From assembly GCF_009914755.1 (NCBI RefSeq), contig NC_060930.1: a DNA stretch of 64,000 nt; one strand, 5' to 3'. The notes below the pieces were generated by a model, which made no database searches, had not been told where the DNA came from, and saw only the letters and a program-made list of their open reading frames with translations. The position numbers were made by a program, and so were the translations under genes. Below, piece after piece: positions 57,144 to 64,000 of the stretch. The stretch comes from the human T2T-CHM13v2.0 reference genome, Homo sapiens. Position 1 is the first letter of the stretch. Every line of letters starts with the position of its first letter.

Positions 57144-59362
57144 CAGTAAGGACCCCCTGCCGCCACCACCCTTACCCATGGTTTTGCTTTCTTAGTTACC
57201 CAGAGTCAACTATGTTCTGAAAATATGTAATGGAGAATTCCAGAAATAATGCATGTTTTAAATGGGTGTGTTCTGAGTTTTGTGTTGAAACCTGCCCAGG
57301 GCATGAATCCTCCCTTTGTCCAGTGTCTCCATGCTGCATACACGCTACCTGCCCATTAGTCACTTCGTTGCCTTCTCAGTTACCACAAGATCACGATTTT
57401 CGTTATGGATAGATGACAAGAAGAAACAGGGTGAGTGCAGTGGGATGAGGTACTTTGAGAGAGAGAAGAGACCATATTCTTTCTCTTTTTCATAACTTTT
57501 ATTACGGTAGGTATATTGTTATAATTGTTCTACTTTTTATTAGTTTTTCTTGTTGAATTAATGATGGGTTTTTCTTTTTTCTTTCCAAAAAATAATAATA
57601 ACCACTATCTTATGCGGAAATGATATCACGAACAGTTGCATTATCAAATCAAGGAGGAAATGCAATCAGAGAACAGGCAGAAAAACTATGATTATAATGG
57701 TTTGTATTTTTCTTGTCTCAGATTCTTTTATTTATTTATTTTTATTGATACATAATAGATGTACATATTTTTGGGGTACATGTGATACTTTAATACATTC
57801 ATATAATTTATAAAGATCAAATTAGTGTAATTGTGATATCTATCACCTTAAATATTTGTCTTTATGCTAGAAACATTCAAATTGTTTTCTTCTAGCTATT
57901 TTGAAATATGCGATAGATTATTGTAATCTATAGTCTCCCGGTGATCCATCAGACACTAAGTCTTATCTCTTCTATCAAGCTGTATTTTTACTTGCTAGTC
58001 AATGTCTCTGCATCCCTCCTGCCCTGTACCCTTCTTGGCCTCTGGTCACCACCAGTCTATTCTCTCTTTCCATGAGATTCACTTTTTTAGCTCCGACATA
58101 CGAGTAAGAACATATGGTATTTGTCTTTCTGTGCTTGGCTTATTTCACTTAACATAATGTCCAGTTCCATTCATGTTGCTGCAAATGGCAGAACTTCATT
58201 CTTTTCTATAGCTGAATAATGCTCTGTTGTCTTTTTATGCCACATTTTCTTTGTCCTTTCATCCCTTGATGTACACTTAACATTGATTCCATATTTTGGC
58301 TTTTGTGAATAGTGCTGCAATAAACATGGGAGTGCTGATTACAATGCACATATCTTTTTGATAATACTGATTTCTTTTCTTTTGGATATATTCCCAGCAG
58401 TGGAATTGCTGGACATATGGTAGTTCTATTTTTAGTTTTTTGAGGAACCTCCACACAGTTTTCCTGTGTGGCTATACTAACTTATATTTCCACCAACAGT
58501 TTACAGGGGTTCCCCTTTCTCCACATCTGTGCCGGCATCTTTTATTCTCTTTTTGATAAAAGCCATTTTAACTGGGGTTAGATGATATCTCATTGTGGTT
58601 TTGATTTGCATTTCTCTGATGATTAGTGATGTTGAGCATTTTTCATGTATCTACTGGCCATTTGTATGTCTTCATTTCAGAAATGTCTATTGAGATCTTT
58701 GGCCCAATTTTTAATCAGATTGTGTTTTTTTTTATTGAGTTGTTTGTGCTCATTATATATTCTGGTTATTAATCCCTTGCCAGGTGGATGGTTTGCAAAT
58801 ACTTTTTCCTATTCTGTGGGAGGTTCTGGGTTGTGTTTTCACTTTGTTGATTGTTTCCTTTGCTTACAGAAGCGTTTTTGCTTGATGTAATCTAATTTTT
58901 CTCTTTTTGCTTTGGTGGCCTGTACTTTTGAGGTCTTCACAAAAAATCTTTGCCCAGACCAATATCCTGGGTTGTTTCCCCAATGTATTCTTGTAGTAGT
59001 TTCATAGTTTCAGGTCTTAGATTTAAATCTTTAATCTACTTTTATTTGATTTTTGTATATGGTGAGAGATAGGAACTTAGCATCATTTATTGAAGAGTGT
59101 TTTTTTTCCCCATTGTATGTTCTCAACACCTTTGTGGAAAATAAATTGACTGTAAATGTATTGATTTATATCTGGTTCTCTATTTTATTATTAGTTATTG
59201 TTGTTAAATCTCTTACTCTACCTAATTTATAAATTAAACTTTATCATAGATATTCACGTACAGGAAAAAACATAGTAAACAGTACTTAGGGTTTCGTACG
59301 CTCCACAGTTTCAGGCATCAACTGCAGGTCTTGGAACCTCCGTAGACAAAGAGGAGCTACTG
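57144..59362 (+). mobile_element. MER44 (Tigger7-derived) split into 57144-57554 and ~59180-59362
   Basis: TA-CAGTA...CTACTG-TA termini; internal MER44 sequence resumes after the L1MA. Confidence 0.8.
57723..59180 (-). mobile_element. L1MA-type 3' fragment inserted in MER44
   Basis: L1MA 3' end (ttttattgatacataatagatgtacatatttttggggtacatgtgata) and L1 ORF2-like ORF 58206-58454(-). Confidence 0.85.
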
Positions 59363-59399
59363 TAACTTACCTGTAAAAATTATTGAGTGACTTTGGCAG

Positions 59400-60232
<833 letters not shown>

Positions 60233-63200
60233 TAGTGCCAAAAATAAAATAGAACTTCCCCGCTTCAGCCTTGCCAAAAGTCTTTATTTGGAATTTATTA
60301 TATTTGTCAATTTAAGTTATTTGTTTTTGCTGGTTGCGAAGCACTGGGATATTTTCTTTCTTTTTCTTCTTAAACAGATGCATTTGTTACATGTACACAA
60401 GGCCAAGCTTTTTTGCACTGAAGGACATTGGTATATGAGGGTCCTTCTCTTGAATAATCAATATTTTCTTATACTCTTCACTCCAGTCATGACTACTCAG
60501 CTTAAATGTTACTTCTTCAGGGAATGTTCCCAACCTCAGTTTAAATTACACCCTTCTGATTTTATCATTATTTCTTATGACATCTTGTTCTTTACCTTAA
60601 CTTTTTATAATTTAAAATTGTACAAAGTAGATCTACATAATAGAAGGTTCCTGGTTTAATGTTGAGTTCTCCCACCAGAATGTGAATTCTGTGAGGGCTG
60701 GGACCATGTCTATTTTGTTCATCACTAGAGGCATAGTGCCTACTAAGTGCTCAGTAAATCTTTGTTAAATGAGGAAATGAAGGAATATAAGCCTGAAATT
60801 TTTAGATTTCTGCATCTTTCATCCTCCTGCCCTGTCACCACCAAGAATATTAGGTAACATGAAGTGTTCAGCCACAGCACAGATTCTGTTGCATTTGTTT
60901 GGATTATATTGCTCCCTACTGGCCAGGATTTAGGTTTAGATTTTAGGCTTTTAGACTTTAATTTTGTTTGCCTCAATAGAAAATATAATGGGAGTAGCAT
61001 AGTCACTTAGCATAGTATCTGAGTAAACATCCTGTCAGTTCCTTCAGAAGAGTGATACATATTTTGCATACTTTTGCGTTACGATATATTCTCCCAGAAT
61101 TTTATATTATCTTAAGCTTTGCTGGCACTATTTTTATATATTGAAGTTAAGAGCCCCTAGTAGTGAATGTTTTTATTTTCTGCTTTTGGATAGCACTAGA
61201 AGCATGGAAATGACTATCATTTTAGCTCTGTTACTAGTCACAATCATTTAAAATTGCATTTGGAAACCCTATTTTCTTTCTGAAAAAGTAGGCTCAATGG
61301 GGGAGTTGTAAGAATTATTGACACAAGTTATTGACTTAGAATGGAGGTACTTTAAAATAAATTTTTTAGTTTCAGCATGCTGTAATTCTAGATTGTTGGT
61401 ATTAGTTTTACCGTGTCTGGGAAGATTTATTGTGCATTTTTGAAATGAGTGTAAATGCTGTATATATGTGATAGTAAGGGAGAAAACTTGACTAAGATTT
61501 TGTCGATTTGGTCTCATTTCACAGCTGTATCATAGGTTTTTTCAAATCATTTTAGGTAAATTACTTAACATTTAGATAATCACATAATTTATTTCCTACA
61601 TCAGGACACTTGAGATCAGTGAAAGTGGGTGCTATTAAATAATTATACTGGCATGACAGGCATAAACATGAACTGTCTTGGGGATACTGAGACATATGGT
61701 CACTCTATTTGATAACAATAATCTGTGATGACTATGTTAATCTGCATACCCTTGTGAATTGCAGGAACTAAGAATTGGAGGCTCATCAAAGAGCTTTACT
61801 TTCCCTTTATTCTTTACGGAATGGCTGCATCCTCAACACCTTCTGCCCAGAGGTGTGATTCTTCAATTGTGTGGATCACTCTGGGTCCCCAAACTGATGT
61901 GGTTCCCTGGGCAGTAGGAGACTGGGACTGTGGGTTGTTCTCTGCTTCAGGGATGAATCTCTTTGTGCAGGATTAGCTGGCTGTACTAAGCCGGGCATCC
62001 AGGAGGAGGGCATGTTGGGCTGTCCAGACACTCCCAAGGACTTGGCTGACCCCAAAGATTTCTCTCTGCCTGTCTCTTCCCATCTCTATAAATCAGGCAG
62101 CACAGGAGGAACAAACACATGTTATTGTTTTACCTTGAAGTGAAATCCACCTATTCCTCCTCAGTGCAGGCTCAGTATCTCCTGAGCCAGCCTCAGTGCA
62201 TTGTGGTGTAAAGAGAAATAATTTTTTCTCCCTGTGGTGTTTAAGCCTAATTCAAATAGAAGCTGCTCTGTGATTAACTTACCTTTCTGTCATTCATTGA
62301 TCAAATGGTGACTGAAGAAGAAGCTGAATGAAGGCACAGATAGCGAGTGCAGCGTCATGTCACACAAAGCTTTTGCATTTGTCAGCAGGGGCTGGTTCAC
62401 AGTTTTGTTTTTTTTTTTTCTTTTCTTTTCCCAGATTAATTGTTACTTGTCACATGTAGATATTTGACTTCTTGAAAGACTTAAACCAAAACATTAAATA
62501 AAGTAGCAGCTTAGAATGGCAAAATGGTTGGTTTTTTAAACAAACTAAATTGACCCAAGAGATTTTAGAATGACTATATTTTTCAGTTACATTTTTGAGG
62601 AAAAGAAAATGGATATCAATTACAAATGGGTGGTTGCAGATACATTTTTTTAATAGTTCCAATAATACACATTTTTTTTATTTACCAGAAAAGTACAAGT
62701 TCAGCTGCAAAGAAAATGCAGTAAAACTTGGTAAAGTTAAGGAATGCCACCTTCTGAATACTCGATACATTTGTTTGTAAAGAGACGATATATCGTATCA
62801 TCTCTGTAGGGCATAAAGGGTGCTGGCAATTTCAAAACTAAAATCTGTTTCTGTGTTATAGCATATTATCAGCAGTACCAGATTTACAGTGAATACATTT
62901 AAGATTTGAAAGATATTTTGGGGACTTTTGGTTCTTTATTAAATCTTTATATATCATGATTGATAATATGCAAGAACATTGGCTTTTTTTCCTTGCTCAG
63001 CATTATTCAAAAATGTTTTGCAATAAAATCCTAACACCATGTTGTCCATTTTCACTGCCCCCGACCCCTCATTTTAAGGAATATCACTGTACCCAGTCCA
63101 TTTTGGGTATCCTGACTTCATAAATGAGGGAAGTGTTAGCAGAGTGGATACTTAGGAGTTTGATGTCTTATATCCTGCTCCGTTTGGACTAGAACCTTAA

Positions 63201-64000
63201 TCTTTTCAATATTTTCTCCTTAAAGTATACTTCATCTGTCATTAATCTAAATTATCATCTCACATAAAGCAGCTGACTGTTGACGTTTTCAGTTATCACA
63301 GTGTGATCCTGAAATGGGGAAGGACTGAACAGAGCCCTGAAAGATGAGAGTTCGGCTCTGGCTGTACCCTAGCTTGTGTGATCTGTGAGTAAATGACCTT
63401 TTCCTCCTTTACTTTCTTCAGTCTAAAGCAGAACTGAAATAACCTATTCTCTCCTCACCCCTAGGGACATTGCAAAGATTCAGAACATATTCTCATTAGT
63501 GCGCTTTGGTTTTCTGCAATAAGGAGGGTGTGTAGACAGAGCTTGGTATTGTTGCCACGAGTGCTGGGGTCTAATAGGAACGCTGGTTTTTGGTTGGTTG
63601 TTTTTTTAACTTGCATGGTGTTTTAATAGCAGAAGATTATGGTTTCTTCAAAATATGGTAAAACGAAGGGATTTTTACACAAAGTTTTTTACTAAAAATG
63701 ACGATGTTAATGGCGTACTTTATTTGAAAGAAGCCTTATTTTTATTAGTAAAATACTTGATGTATGTTTTAATGTGTGTAGATTTAAAATACATTCTTTA
63801 ACATTATTCTCCATAACTATTCAACCTCACTAGGTTTTCCTGTTTAGTTAGCAATGGTCTTTTCTTTATTAGGCTAAAAAAGAAACCCATCAAACCCTGA
63901 CATGAGTCACATGATTTCCACATTTGACTCTGAATTAATTGGGTATGAGATGCAGCCTTCCCCCTCTCCACCCCGTGTGATACACTTCAGCTCTTCCCAG

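Overview
This is primate (almost certainly human) genomic DNA, recognisable as the LYRM4/FARS2 head-to-head locus (6p25.1, from recall). The minus strand carries LYRM4 (ISD11) coding exon 1 (45855-45940) and exon 2 (1827-1947), separated by a 43.9-kb intron. A CpG-island bidirectional promoter (~45640-46960) also drives the non-coding first exon of FARS2 on the plus strand (donor after 46867). No FARS2 coding exon is recognisable in the window. The rest is intronic and repeat-rich: about 26 Alu/FLAM copies including an AluYb8, L1PA and L1MA fragments (one twin-primed), a near full-length HSMAR1 mariner, MER1A/1B, MER20, MER44, MER47, an MST LTR, and L2/MIR relics. I see no prokaryote-type system (CRISPR, operon), and most ORFs in the track are repeat- or GC-derived artefacts. 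The most interesting signals are five. (1) Mirror-image CAAAATGGCAGC...TATCTCTG start modules on the two divergent transcripts: the real start codon for LYRM4 and a strong-context 10-aa uORF for FARS2. (2) An exon-2 read-through plus intronic polyA candidate giving a 91-aa ISD11 with a swapped C-terminus. (3) A 175-bp, 96.6%-identical inverted repeat that appears homogenised only inside an Alu insertion. (4) A perfect SETMAR-type binding core in the HSMAR1 3' TIR. (5) A closely spaced -/+/- Alu triplet completed by AluYb8. Repeat subfamily calls come from remembered consensus sequences and their boundaries are approximate.
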